A model generated the notes under the pieces. The model was not told the DNA's origin, did not search any database, and was given only the letters and a program-made list of their open reading frames with translations. Position numbers and translations under genes: made by a program. Shown here piece after piece: positions 12,954 through 26,724 of a stretch of 64,000 bases of DNA (the first letter of the stretch is position 1; the number at the start of each line of letters is the position of its first letter). This DNA is from Octopus vulgaris (taxonomy: Eukaryota): the NCBI GenBank assembly GCA_951406725.2, contig OX597815.1:21948001-22012000 (forward strand). Direction: 5' to 3'.

Positions 12954-15667
12954 TATTGGAATGTAATGTTACGTAGGCGACCTAAGAGTGAAGGGCTTTG
13001 AGCACTGCATGTATGAGAGTGCAATATGTGAAACCCACTCAGACCTTGAGTCATTTATGTGACTAATTGAAAGAAGATAATGCTCTTTTAGGCACTTTCG
13101 GGAATATTCTGCTCATGCATGTTCTCTACTGTACAAACCTGTTTGAGAATGGACAACATGCTCCAAGTTGAGCATACAATAGAGAAAAAAATTAGTAAAG
13201 GAAACTGATGTACATCGAATCTCAAATTCCATTACTCTTAAATGACTCATAAAATTAGAGAGTCGTTGATATAGATGAGAAACAAAAGAATGAGACAAAA
13301 GCATCAAAGAAAACTTCACGAATTACTTTATTTGAATTTTTCTAATTAATTACTTCCCTGTTGTCTTCCAAAAGCTTTAGATTTTCTTCAAAGGAAAAGT
13401 AGGAAATTATTCTAAAATATTTCAAAGCAAATTTGTAAAGATTTTTTCTTTTTTTCTTTCTCAACCTCCTACACTAATTTTACATATTTATTTAACATTC
13501 ACTTTCATTCTTTCTGTTACTTCTTTCAATTTTCCATTATCCATTTTTTGTTTCCTCCTTTTTTGCTCTTTGCTCATTATATATTTACTTTTTATCCGAT
13601 CCTTTCTTAGCTATCTATATTTGTATATTAATTTGTTGTGGTAACCAATCTCATCGTTTTATTCTAGCCAGTCAAACTATGCTGAGATAATAGCAGATGG
13701 GAGTTAATGTTTTAAAGTAAATAGAAATATATATAAAAATTGTAAAACAAGAGAGATATTATTCCTTTGACCAAATGCAACATTCAACAATTTGCAGCAG
13801 TTCAAAGTTGTGTGCACAAATCTATTTCCTTTTTTTCTTTTGTAATTGCCGTTTCACTGTCCATAGTTGTTCTTACATATTTTCTCAAGGAGATAATGAA
13901 ATATGTATTAAAAAAAAAAACGAAAGCGATTATCTTCTAATCTAATCCTTATATTGTTTAGGATTTCTACTGGCTTAAAACGTGTACTTTCAACTAAATC
14001 CGTCATTTCTTCACGTTTGGTTCAATCTTCTTAAGATTCTAGCAATGAACTAAGTCGAAGCTAACAAATATATGCTTCTATTAATGTTTAAAGAATTAGT
14101 TTTCGTTAAATATTTAGCTTCCAAATTGAAGGAATTATATTTCAATTCTATCCTCGTCACACCACTTTACTACAAGAAAAATTTGTCTTTATAAATATTT
14201 GAATAGGAGGCTTTAAGCTTTTATCCTTCATAGGTTATTACTAAAGAAGTGTTGGAGGATAGAAAAATAGCGGAGTCTAAAGAAATCAGATTAAACAATT
14301 TTTCCCAATTACTATTTTCTTTAGATTATTTATTTAGACCATGGTAACACAGGTTGTAGATTAAAATTAAACGGCAAATAAGCCGGTTAGATTTCCAGGT
14401 TGGAACTATTTCACTTCATGCTACTGAAAAAAGTACGAATAACAATAAAATATTTTCAATAATCTGAAAACTTGTTCTTTTTATTTGAGAAATCATATGA
14501 CACTGAATAGAGCTGAGCTTAATAGCCTCCGTGCTATACTTTCTATAGAAAAGAATTTCTTTATGACAACATTTTGTACGTTTAAAATCAATGGGCACAA
14601 AAAACATAAACACAAATTGAAAGAACCGCGAGATACATCCGGAGATTGTTGTAATCTTTGCCATTGAATTTCATTTGTGGATGTTATAATTCTCTATCAA
14701 TCAGGATATTCATTCTGAAATATTTCTCTGACCATGATTTGGTGCAGCTAGGTAACGTGGATACACTAAAGAAAAATAATAATTAGTGTTAATTTTATTG
14801 TTGTTATTATTGTCTGGCCCCAATCATCTCTGATCGAACAGTTCTATGGCACGCACTACGAGGAGCAACCAACGGATTCCTTTGCCCAGTTATACCATAT
14901 TCTTCTCCAAGCCGAGAATTATACCACTCCCATCCATGAAGTGGAGATGGGTTGGAGAGTGACAGTCTTCACTGTTCGGTCTATTCTTATACGCCCATAG
15001 ATTCTAGAGGGAGCTGCAACAGACACAAGCAAAGAATAAAAGAAGTGAAAGTAGACTCGGTTGGGGCACGGCCTTTGCCTGCGCCTCTACACTTATTTTT
15101 GGTGGTGTACACCCCAGAAATGTTTGAACTATTGAGGCAACGGTTATTTCTATGTGAATGTTTTCCATGTCTGAGCCGAGAAGAAGAGATAGCGATTTGA
15201 TAGTGTTGAAGTATTGCTCAGTATTGTATATATACTTAAGTATTGGGAGGTAGTGATGACATACAGTGAGATCGTAGTTTGTCGTAAGTAAGGAACGTGT
15301 CTCTCGCATATTAAGGTGGCCTTTCATTGTTCATATTATATTATTGTTTAGGTAGTCTCTAGGTGAGGTCAGTGTATATACACCCTATTATGAGTTGCAG
15401 AGGTGTAATGAATATGGTCTTTTGTTGGAACCGCTCTAATAATACGCTGATGCCATTTGGCATGCTTAATAAGAGCAACATAGGAAGTTTTCCCAAAGAT
15501 TTCGGAAACCATGTCAATGTTTTCAACTTTACTAATAATATTGTCGGTTTATTTTAACGTTACATTAAAGTAAATCAAGTGACGTTTACGCTTCTGGTAC
15601 TTGTATGCATGCATATATAGATCTCTCCCTCTCTCTCTCACGCACGCTCACATATACATACATATAA

Positions 15668-15960
15668 CTGGCACTCCTTGGTAACAGAACAGGTTGCTCG
15701 TGAAATGAATGTGCAAATTGTTGAGCACTCCACAGACACGCGTACCCTTAATGTAATTCTCAGAGATATTCAGCGTGGCGCTAAATGTTACAAGGCTGGC
15801 CCTCTTAAAGACAGGTACTACTCAATTTTGCTGGCTGAGTGGACTGGAGTAACTTGAAATAAAGTGCATTACTCAAGGACACAAAGCGCCACCAGGAATC
15901 GAACTCAAGACCCTACAATTCTTAGCTGAATACCCTAATCACTAAGCTTCGCGCCTCCAC
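15668..15960 (-). mobile_element. tRNA-derived SINE (family C-related tail, different central domain)
   Basis: Minus strand begins GTGGAGGCGCG and has B-box GAGTTCGATTCC; the 3' half is homologous to 27300-27490. Confidence 0.8.
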
Positions 15961-16247
15961 ATAATACATACATAATACATACATACATACATACATACAT
16001 TCATACATACACCTGTGTGCGTGTGTGTGTGTGTGTGTGTATGTATATACATAATCTTTTATTAGCTGAGAATACTACATGAATACTCTGTTACTCGTGT
16101 AATATTGTCACTAAAAGATTACGCACAGACACACCTATAGACATAGAGTTAAAAGTTACTGATTCATAGCTGATTCTTAAAGCGAAAAGAAAATATACCT
16201 TGAGGTACATTTATAAATTTACCAACACCATTTCTATAGCAACAGTA

Positions 16248-16630
16248 GTGGAGGCGCAATGGCCCAATGGTTAGGGCAGTGGATTCGCGGTCGGAGGATA
16301 GCGGTTTCGATTCCTAGACCGCGCGTTGTGTGTGTTTATTGAGCGAAAACACCTAAAGCTCCACGAAGCTCCGGCAGGGGGTAGTGGCGACCCCTGTTGT
16401 ACTCTTTCGCTCCAACTTTCTCTCATTCTTTCTTCCTGTTTCCTGTCCTCGACTTCCTACGCAACCGCTGAGCCTGGATGCGCATTCATCCATCCGTCGA
16501 TGCTCTCGGTGTCGGGGGTTGACCTGCTTTCTCTTCTGCGGGTCTTACGAATAGCAAAAGGATCACGTTTCGGACTTCTCCCATCTTGCGAGCTCTGGGA
16601 CGAAGACCGTTTGCTCAACAGCAACAGCAA
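16248..16630 (+). mobile_element. tRNA-derived SINE with family C head and an alternative 3' tail
   Basis: GTGGAGGCGCAATGGCCCAATGGTTAGG head, GGTTTCGATTCC B-box; matches the 27116 copy to ~16445 and then diverges; TSD agcaacagta (16238-16247 / 16631-16640). Confidence 0.85.
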
Positions 16631-17172
16631 AGCAACAGTAAACCTTTTTACATCGGATTAAAATAACAAGGGTCTTTATATTCAACAAGAAAACTACTTG
16701 ATACCCGAAATGGCTTATTTTTTATTTCGGAGTATCTGCAAACAACTCTGTAATCGCATGCAATAGGAATACCTGTGTTCCGTTCTTATAAGTATACCTT
16801 ATAAGATACCTGTATTTGAAAGAAATTAATTTTTCATTTCATTTTTTTCTTTCTTAGTCAAAGCGGAAAAAAAGCCATGCAAACTATTCACCTGCATAAA
16901 GTTAGTAGACACGGTAAAGCGTTGCCCGAAAGGCTGTCTTACTCCACTTTACATTTTGCGTTCAAATCTCACCATTGACAAGTTTACATTTAATTTTTCT
17001 GGGGCTGATAAAATAATTATTAGTCAAGTACTGGGGTTCACTAAACTCTTGCTGCAAAGTTTAATTCCATATTTGTATGTTAGAAATAATAATAGTTATA
17101 ATTATTAGTATATTTGAAAAAATTCTATAAGGACCAGATTCACTAATGTAAAAAATTTATTCTTTATTTCAG

Positions 17173-17418
17173 GATGTGTTTGTTTGTACTTCCCGCAGGC
17201 AACCTATCGGGTTCATACACAGCCATGGATTTCTGATGGCTCACCCCTTCTCAAATTCTATGCCTTAAGACATTCCACTGATCCCAGAGAAGGGCACATC
17301 TCTTACCGTGTCATACGAGCTGTTGGTCACAACACAAACACAGATTATAAATCATGTTTTCGAATAACAGACTCGGAATGGTTGTCACTGAAACGAAGCT
17401 GTAGTTTCCTTAACCAAG
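17173..17418 (+). CDS. Ret: Ret-like receptor tyrosine kinase, exon 2 (cadherin-like domain 1)
   Basis: tttatttcag| acceptor and CAAG|gtttgt donor; 246 bp, phase 1-1. LYFPQATYRVHTQPWISDGSPLLKFYALRH aligns by eye with the vertebrate RET N-terminus [30 protein letters not shown]. Confidence 0.8.
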
Positions 17419-17450
17419 GTTTGTATCCATTTCATCTTTTCTTTCTTTTT

Positions 17451-17482
<32 letters not shown>

Positions 17483-17539
17483 TTGTCAAACAGTTTCGGC
17501 TCTTATATATCCTTTCAGTACACAATTGATCACCGTTTC

Positions 17540-17861
17540 TCTCACTCACTCACTCACTCACTCACTCACTCACTCACTCACTCACTCACTCACTCACTCA
17601 CTCACTCACTCACTTACTCACTCACTCACTCACTCACTCACTCACTTACTCACTCACTCGCTCACTCGCTCACTTGCTCCCTCCCTCCCTCCTTCCCTCC
17701 CTCCCCTCCTTCCCTCCCCCTCCCCTTCCCCCCTCCCCCTCCCTCCATTCCTCCCTTCCTCCCTCCCTCCCTCCCTCCCTTCCTCCCTCACTCACTCACT
17801 CCCTCACTCCCTCCCTCCCTCACTCCCTCCCTCCCTCACTTTTTGTCTGTGTCTCTGTCTT

Positions 17862-17895
<34 letters not shown>
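17540..17895. repeat. (TCAC)n, (TCCC)n and (TC)n compound microsatellite
   Basis: Directly visible; explains the low-complexity tails of ORFs 17184, 17483 and 17674. Confidence 0.95.
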
Positions 17896-17896
<1 letters not shown>

Positions 17897-18555
17897 ATAT
17901 CTATATGTGTGTGTCTGTATTTAAATAGGTGGTATGTGCTCGTGTGTGTCTTTCTAAGACCTACACTATATTAATGACAAAACTGGATACATGTTTTGGC
18001 TGCTATACTGTGCACACCTCACCATCTAGTATAACTTACAATGAAACGTAGTCCCACTGACAAAGTTACTATAAAGACAAAAGTTATTATAAACGACAAA
18101 ACCTTTTCTGATCTCATAAAGAAATAGTCTCAGAGTAAATAATGAAAGAGAAAGCCGACATATTAGCGAAGCATATAATATATGAAAGAAATTCAAGAAT
18201 AGAAAGACGAAGAAAGACTAAAAATAAAAAGATGACAATGAATGAAGAAATATATTCATAAAGTATAAGAGAAGAGTTAAGGGAAGGATGGCGGACAGAG
18301 ACGGAAAATATGGAGAATGATGTTAATGAAAGGAGAACCAAAGGAGAAATTAATATATGTCAAAGAGTGAAACAGGTATTTAACAATAAGATAAGTATAG
18401 AAAGGCAAGAAGGGGAAGTTAAAGGGGAAGAAAAAAGAAAGAGGGAAGAAAACAAATAAAAATATTGAAGAAGTTAGACAAAAAGTTTCGTATAAAAGGA
18501 AGTGTTCAGAATAAAAATGGGTAAAAAGATAAAAAGGAATGTAAGTAAAACCCGA

Positions 18556-18621
<66 letters not shown>

Positions 18622-19172
18622 AAAAATGAAAAGTAAAATAGAAAGAAGGAGAGAAAATGATATTGAAAGCGAAGAAAAGAGAAGGCAGTTAGGAGAATGG
18701 CAGTAATGAAGGCTGAAAAGAGAAGTGAAGCAGCAATGCCTCCTGGCTGTATCATCAACTTGCTCCAACAAGCCAAGTGTTGTATGTTTGGGGTTGGATT
18801 TACAAGTTTGCATCTCGTGAAATTAATAAATACAAAGCCAGGAATTTGTTCAAACTTACATCTTCATTTCAAGCATAATTAATTCTTGGGAAACATGTTG
18901 AAATGTCTTTAATAATGTTTACCATTTAGTATTTTTTTCCCTACCTCTAAATTGCATTTATTCGTATGTATATATATGCAAGTATGTATGCAATTTATAT
19001 GTATGATCGTATGTGTGCATACATGTATGCATACGCACTGTCAAGTGTATCTGGCAAGTATACATGTGTATGCTATGTATGCGTATAGAATGTGTGGGAG
19101 TGTGTAAAGGACATACTTACATACACTTACATACCTACATACTTACGTACCTATCAGCCTACACACACACAC

Positions 19173-19204
<32 letters not shown>

Positions 19205-19300
19205 ATATAATATATATGAGTATATATATATATTTATTATAAATATATATATACTTACATATATATATATATAGATATAGATATATGTATATATGCATAT

Positions 19301-19690
19301 TCTTTTATTCTTTTACTTGTTTCAGTCATTTGATTATGGTCATGCTAGAGTATCACCTTTAGTTGAACAAATAGACCCCAGGTCTTATTCTTTGTAAGCC
19401 CAGTACTTATTCTATCGGTCTCTTATTGCCGACCCGCCAAATTACGGGGTCGTAAACACACCACCATCGGTTGCCAAGCGATGTTGGGGGTACAAACACA
19501 GATGCACAAGTACACACCCACACATATGTACGACAGGCTTCTTTCAGTTTCCGTCTACCAAATCCACTCATATGGCTTTGGTCGGCCTGTGGCTATAGTA
19601 GAAGACACTTGCCCAAGGTGCCACGAAATGGGACTGAACTCGGAACAACGTGGTTGGGAAGCAAGCCGCTTACCACACAGTCACGTATGA
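19301..19690 (-). mobile_element. tRNA-derived SINE family B
   Basis: Reverse complement of the 43408 and 61848 copies (CTGTGTGGTAAG head, GACTGAAACAAGTAAAAGA tail). Confidence 0.85.
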
Positions 19691-20057
19691 GTATGTGTGT
19701 AAACATACATGCATGCATACACAAACACACATACGCTTCTTTAATGATTGCGTGTTATTTATGGTTTTCTGTTGATTCCATTTGGTTTCTTCTCATTAGC
19801 GAGTGCCGTTTGCAGATATGGCGCGGAGTATTTACGTAGCTCCTCGAGAAATATTAGAATCGTTAGGAATGATTAAATAAAAAAAAAGTAACAATGATAA
19901 AATAAGTAAAAATATTAACTAAAACACCTATAAGATCAACAGGACCAAAAGCAATATCAACAATATCGCCACGATGAATATCATCATCATCGTCAGTTTC
20001 AACATCGACAAATTCAGCAAAAAATGAAACAGCAATAACAACGACGACGATTAAGAC

Positions 20058-20103
<46 letters not shown>

Positions 20104-20113
20104 GTGATGATGG

Positions 20114-20168
<55 letters not shown>

Positions 20169-20250
20169 GATGATGATGATGGTGATGATGATGGTGATGA
20201 TGATGATGATGATGATGGTGATGATGGTGATGATGATGATGGTGATGATG

Positions 20251-20301
<51 letters not shown>

Positions 20302-20345
20302 TAATGATGATGTTGGTTTGATGATTGTGATGATGATGATGGTGT
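20058..20345. repeat. (GAT)n repeat with GGT interruptions
   Basis: Directly visible; source of the poly-His and poly-Met pseudo-ORFs. Confidence 0.95.
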
Positions 20346-21835
20346 TGATGGTAACGACGGTCACGACGACGACGACGACGACGATGATACTGTAGCTACT
20401 GATGCTGCTACTTCTGGTGCTGCTAGTGTGGGCAGTGATGGTAATGATGAAGGTGATGATGCCGATGATATTACAACACGAAGATGTCCCAAAGCATATT
20501 CTCCGAATTACAATGAAAGCACTTTCACGAATAAGTTTCCGGATTTTTCTCTATTTTTCTCCTGGAGTTTTTAAAGAATATATTCTTTGAATAAAACTTA
20601 ATGTCTCAATTTACGTATAGTTTGCAAATTATCACCCTCAAAACTTATTCATCAGCTTGTACAATGTTCATTGAACAAACACCATTGAAGTAAAAAAATC
20701 ATGAAACCCATTTAAGAATCGACTACTGAGTACTATCTTATATTATGTTTACGGGAATATTTTTAGGTTTTTGCTCTAGATGAACGCTACAATAGATCTA
20801 TTTAATCCTATACACTCAGTTACTAGGCTTATGAGTAAAATGGTTTAGAAATTGGTTGCGTTTCTGAGTTATTTGTAAAAAGGTTGATGCTAATTAGGTT
20901 TGTTAATAATGCTAGTTTCGTTTAATTTATATGGACACCCACGCGTGTTATACTGTAATGAAATGAGACAAGAACACACAGGTTTTGGCAGGTGGAAGTA
21001 AATTAGGAAAACTGTAGAAGAGAGTTTAGCCTTTAGGCACTATGCTCGGTTACTGACAAAGGCATTAAATACTTCTCGGTCAATATCATGAAGAAGTTAA
21101 TAGGTATCATTAAGAAATGCATCCCACTTCTATAAACCAACAAGAAAGTATTTCATAGATGGCAAATGTATTGTTAATGGTACGGCTTATTTTACGTTTT
21201 CTTAGAGAGACGGTGTTAAACAATTAGTGTAATAAAAAGAATTAGAAGTGTTTTTAGAGCGTCGAACAGAATACGTCGTGGTGTTTACACCCGATTCTTT
21301 ACATTCCGAAATTCAAATTCCACCGGAGTCAAGTTTTTTTTTTCATACTTTCGAGGTTGGTAAAAGAGAACAAATCTAAAGATGTGGATTGGCGAAGCTG
21401 CATGAACATCGGGCTGGATACCTAGTTGTGGTTATTCCCGTCCCTTGTGCTCTGAATTCAAATACCACCCTCCCCTGCTTGAGTGTTAGACTTGAACTTT
21501 TACCAGGTTTAATGTCTAATGGCACCTTAGGTGCCATTAACGGAGTCCACTCTGTAGCAAATTTTCATGATGGATTTCCGGTTTGTAGATACATTCTTTT
21601 CTCACAGTAATCTCAAGGCCCTGTTACAGGTTATGGAGAATGGCTTTCTTCTTGACCTAAAATCAAAACAGGAAAATAAGAAAAAGGAGAATTAACACTG
21701 GACGAGCAATATGTATTAACTTATACCTCTTGTAACGTTGATTAATTTCAGCCAATAGGAGATATAATCAGAAATATTACTATTTATGAAAGAAACGAAA
21801 AAGCAGAAATCTTTCTATCAATCTATCTATCCAAC

Positions 21836-21878
<43 letters not shown>

Positions 21879-21920
21879 CTCACGCCAACACTATCTTTAT
21901 ACATATATAAATACATATGC

Positions 21921-22024
<104 letters not shown>

Positions 22025-22477
22025 GTCTTTGTCTAGTGAATGTTTTAAAAAAAGATGGGTGAATGTAGCAAGGATGGCACGTATGAATGACGAAGCCACC
22101 TTGACTATGATTCTATGAACCGTAAAAATTAATACAGAGAGTTGCTTATTTGCAAAAAAAAAAAAAAATAAATATAACATGTGACTTCATTGACCAAGGT
22201 TACCGTGGTCTTTTCCGTAGGCTTTTCTTTCCACGGGTAAACCTCACCTGTCCTCCCCTTTACACTTCATATTGACATTTCTGTGATAATGATCCCTATT
22301 ATTCATTTTTTTGCCCCCCCCCTTTTTTTAACCCCTCCCTTTTTTGTCCTCTTTCTTTCCTTTTACGATCCCTTTTGATCGAAAACCACCACTCCCTTTT
22401 TTTTTTACCCCCAAAAGAAAAGCTCTACCTTGTAATTTGTTCTATCTGTGTGCAGCCCTGTGTAGCTAATAAAGAAA
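22025..22477 (+). mobile_element. 5'-truncated Tx1/L1-like LINE (ORF2 C-terminus plus 3' UTR) inserted in (TCTA)n
   Basis: Encodes LSSECFKKRWVNVARMARMNDEATLTMIL*, with an FxxRW terminal motif like Tx1/L1 ORF2 ends. The pyrimidine-rich 3' UTR ends AATAAAGAAA; TCTA repeats on both sides; second copy at 9346. Confidence 0.6.
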
Positions 22478-23307
22478 CATATCTATCTATCTATCCTTCT
22501 GTACATCTATCTATCTATCTATCCTTCTGTACATCTATCTATCCTTAATTACATACGTTTCGCGTTTGCGAAACGTATGTACTTTCTTTGCTATGAATAG
22601 ATATGTTTAAATAGTTAAATATAATGTCCCTCATAAACACTATCTAGTGTATCATCGAAATATTTTTCTTTTAATATTTTATTTACATCCTCCTCTATCC
22701 ATCTGTGTACTGTTCAAAAGAAATAGCAATGCACTTATGACGGATGTGAAACCGGAACTGATTTTAAAAGTAAACAAAAACGGGATCTAAACAAAATATG
22801 TACTGAAACGAATAAAATGGCTAAATACTAATCAATACAAATATTGTCAGTTATGGGAAGGGCGACCTCCGCCTGCTGCTGCTCTCTCTTTTTTAACACT
22901 ATATGCCTGTAAGTGATACTTTGTCAAGACGAAAACCGGCGAAGTTTAGAAAAGCTTTGAACATATACACAATTTATGAATGTATACAGATCACCTACAT
23001 ACACGCACACATACATACATACATACATACATACATACATACATACATACATACACACATACATAGACACACACACACACACACACATGTGCACGCGCGT
23101 CTGTGTGTATGTATGTATCATACTAGTATGCCCATGTACATGAATGTTCTTGAAAATGATAATTAAATATTAAGATACAGAAAATAACATTATTTCCCCA
23201 CCAAATCCAAAGCAAAAGGTTTTTAAATACTTCATGTCTGTCATTTTTAATATAAAGGCATAGCTACGTCTTCATTTTAATTTTCTATAGAGACGGTATA
23301 TACAAAC

Positions 23308-23354
<47 letters not shown>

Positions 23355-23360
<6 letters not shown>

Positions 23361-23856
23361 TAAAATTTAATAAGGGTAGAAATTGATATTAATCAATTAA
23401 AACCAGTGGCCTAGCATATTAAAAAAAATCCGAAGATTAAAATATTTTTACATACAAAATTTAAAGGACTGACCACTAAAAGTGGACGGTCAACATGCTA
23501 GATATAGACGTCAAAATCGCTATTTTCCACAAAGAATGTGTTCCCAAATAAAAAAAAAACTCAGCACAAACCAAAGCATTAAAAATAAGAAAGACAAATG
23601 AAAATATACGAAATAAAAATGATTACCTATGTACCGATCAGTTTCGATTGATAATATCCACGCATATGGATACATGGAAATCTGCAATGTCATCAGCATA
23701 GTCTGTCATATAGAAATACAATTTGCAGGACTAATGCTTTGGTTTGTGCTCGGTTTTTTTATTTGAGAACACATTCTTTGTGGAAAATAGCGATTTTGAC
23801 GTCTATATCTAGCATGTTGACCGTCCACTTTTCGTGGTCAGTCCTTTAAATTTCGT

Positions 23857-23858
<2 letters not shown>
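23355..23858 (-). mobile_element. Fold-back element in (TA)n with an internal hammerhead; Penelope-like inverted pseudo-LTR
   Basis: Arms ~23452-23581 and ~23732-23858 are near-perfect reverse complements; (TA)n on both flanks. Confidence 0.8.
23627..23701 (-). ncRNA. Type I hammerhead ribozyme motif (canonical core)
   Basis: Minus strand: CUAUG-CUGAUGA-cAUUG...(UAUCCA/UGGAUA hairpin)...CAAUc-GAAA-CUGAUCGG-UA-CAUAG. Perfect 5-bp stem I and palindromic GAUC in stem III; the 10.1-11.1 pair is a C-C mismatch. Confidence 0.8.
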
Positions 23859-23890
<32 letters not shown>

Positions 23891-23930
23891 AATTATTAAC
23901 AAGAAGAGTGGAGAGAGCAAGTCGTTCTAT

Positions 23931-24059
23931 TACATAAATTTACAATTGTTTCATCGAGTTTCGTAATCAAGAGTATTGCTACATTATCATATAATATATG
24001 CAACTTAAGCCGTATCATTATATTGATACTTTCGAAAGTTGACTTATCAGAAACATGTA
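23931..24059 (-). ncRNA. Degenerate hammerhead-like fold with long stem II
   Basis: Minus strand: UACAUGUUU-CUGAUAA-GUC...GAU-GAAA-C-AAUU-G-UA-AAUUUAUGUA. G8 is mutated; palindromic AAUU loop. Confidence 0.45.
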
Positions 24060-24153
24060 TAAAATTCATTTACTACAGTAAACTTGTATCATCACGTATT
24101 TATACATATAGTAAATAGGTGAGTTTTATAATTCTGATATATATACAAACATA

Positions 24154-24188
<35 letters not shown>

Positions 24189-24406
24189 GTGTGTTAAGGA
24201 GAATATGTTGTATACATGTAAGTGTGTATGTATAAATATATATACACACACAAACATACATACATGTGTGTGTATATATATACACACACAAGCATGCATG
24301 CACACAAGCATACGTATATATAGTGAAAACTAAACAAATATCTTAAACAACGCTGTCTCTATGATTTTCTTTCTTACTATCTATTCTTCATATATACACA
24401 TATATT

Positions 24407-24444
24407 CATACATACATACATACATACATACATACATACATACA

Positions 24445-24478
<34 letters not shown>

Positions 24479-24548
24479 CATACATACATACATACATACA
24501 TACATACATACATACATACATACATACATACATACATACATACATACA

Positions 24549-24581
<33 letters not shown>

Positions 24582-24590
24582 GTATACATA
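24407..24590. repeat. (TACA)n microsatellite
   Basis: Directly visible. Confidence 0.95.
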
Positions 24591-25647
24591 TGGTTTCCTA
24601 TGGACATTATCGGCAGCGTGAAGAGGGAAAACTTCCATGGGTTGTAAACTGTTAGTCTTACATGCACAACACATGCAGAAGGACACCCTAGTCCAGGCCA
24701 GTAATTTTTCTGGGTGCTAAAAGACATGATCAATCATGACCAGAGGAGGTTGAAAATGTATTAATTAATCAATATTGTCTCTCCACCTCTTCTCTCCTCC
24801 CTCTCTCCTCTTCTCTCTCTCTCTCTCGCTCTCTCTCTGTGTGTCTAAGTATCCATTTGTCATACATGCATATATACTCCTATATATGTCAATATAAAAT
24901 CGGAAACTATTAGGGATTAAAAGCTGGACACGGTTGTTGACGTTCATGTTAATTCAAGTTCGAAGCAATGGCGTTAATTGTTTCAATGTTTATTTTTTAT
25001 ACCAATAAACTGCACAATAATGCATTTTAAAAAATATTCTGCACATGCATACTTCATTCGCCTTTTGTTCTGATTCACAATTTTGATGTTACTCGGATAG
25101 AAATTGAAAAAATTTATTCGTTTTCGAGGTCTATGCGTAGCCTTTCATCGAAAGAATGAAAAGTAGATTCAGATGGCTATTGGACAAAATGAAAGACAGA
25201 ATTGATATTGACGAGATTCGAGCTCAGAGTGAAATCGGTCGTAACTAAAGACCGCATTACATTTCGTATTTCTCCTCTTTTACGAATTCAGTTTTTATGT
25301 TTGTGATTGAGTTCGATTTCAAATTTTGTTGAATCGGAGCATTTAGCTTCCATCTCTCCTAGATAGAAAACAGTGCCAGAGTAAATTAGCTGAGCCATTT
25401 ATCTTGAATAATTGACGATAACCTTTAAAAAATTGTCGTTTATTCATGATGACTTTAGAATTTTAATGTGGTAAGTCAGGTTAATTTAGCAATTTCTACT
25501 TTGAAATCTCATTGATTTATAAACTTGCCTATTTTAATGGCGTTCTTTAACGCCTTACTTTTATAATATTTCTTCAGACAACAATATGGAAATCGAGTAG
25601 AACTGTAACAATCGTATTTTCTTCTCATACATTTCATTTCAATTTAG

Positions 25648-26015
25648 TTTTCTTCTTCTTCTTCTTCTTCTTCTTCTTCTTCTTCTTCTTCTTCTTCTTC
25701 TTCTTCTTCTCCTCCTCCTCCTCCTCCTCCTCCTCCTCCTCCTTCACCTCCTCCACCTCCTCCTCATCATCATTGCCGCCGCTGCCACCAGCCGCCATCG
25801 CCATCACCACTGTTAGCGCTGCAACCGCTGTCACCGCCCCACAGCCGCTGTCATCTTCGTCGTCATCATCCATCGCCACCGTTGTCATCCATCGTCATCG
25901 TCGTCATCGCCGTAGCCGTCGTCACCACCACCACCACCACCACCACCAACACCGCCGCCACCACCACCACCACCACCACCACCATCACCATCATCATCAT
26001 CATCAACATCATCAT
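25648..26015. repeat. Compound trinucleotide repeat (TTC/TCC/CCG/CAC/CAT)
   Basis: Directly visible; produces poly-K/E/H pseudo-ORFs. Confidence 0.9.
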
Positions 26016-26562
26016 CTTGTTTTAATATATAGGCATGGTTTCATACACAGAAGTTTTTATTGCAATGTTTTATGTTGTTTTAAGTAAACTTAAGCCTTAT
26101 CAACGACAACAAATTGAGCATGTAAATAGCTAAAAATGCTAACGAACCATGGAATTTTATAAAAAAACAGGAGACAACACACAGGGTGATGGATCACTGG
26201 ATTGCCAGTGCATAACTTGCATTATTTAGATATGCTCCATTTCTTTGTAAGTCCAGATCAAGAGCGCTTTTTACTTTGCCTTTCATCCTTTTTGGGGTGA
26301 AGATTAGATAGGCGTTGAAATGGATTTATTTGACTGTTCTCTGACCCAAAAGATTTGTTCTTATGCCAATGATAGAAACTATTATTATGTTGTTTTTTTT
26401 TTATGGCCAGAAACTGTAGAATACTGGTGTAAACTTGTTTTGCACTTTTTTGTGAAGTCCTTTTTCGATAAAAAAATAACAGTCAATTATTTAGGTCGAC
26501 CCAAAAAATCTCTCCCAAGATGTTTAGGTTATATTAAAAATCCTTATTGTTGTTGTTGTTGC

Positions 26563-26613
<51 letters not shown>

Positions 26614-26724
26614 GATTATTATTATTATCATTATTATTATTATTATTATTATTGTTATTATTATTATTATTATTTCTGGTTTTATATTTCTACTTCATGT
26701 TATTATTACTTAACCTTTTCACAG

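Noticed and set aside
15004-15557. Possible decayed retroelement coding sequence on the minus strand
   Set aside because: No diagnostic motif could be read with confidence.
20014-20364. Poly-His and poly-Met ORFs, and the many YI, HT, LS and CV dipeptide ORFs
   Set aside because: These are translations of microsatellites.
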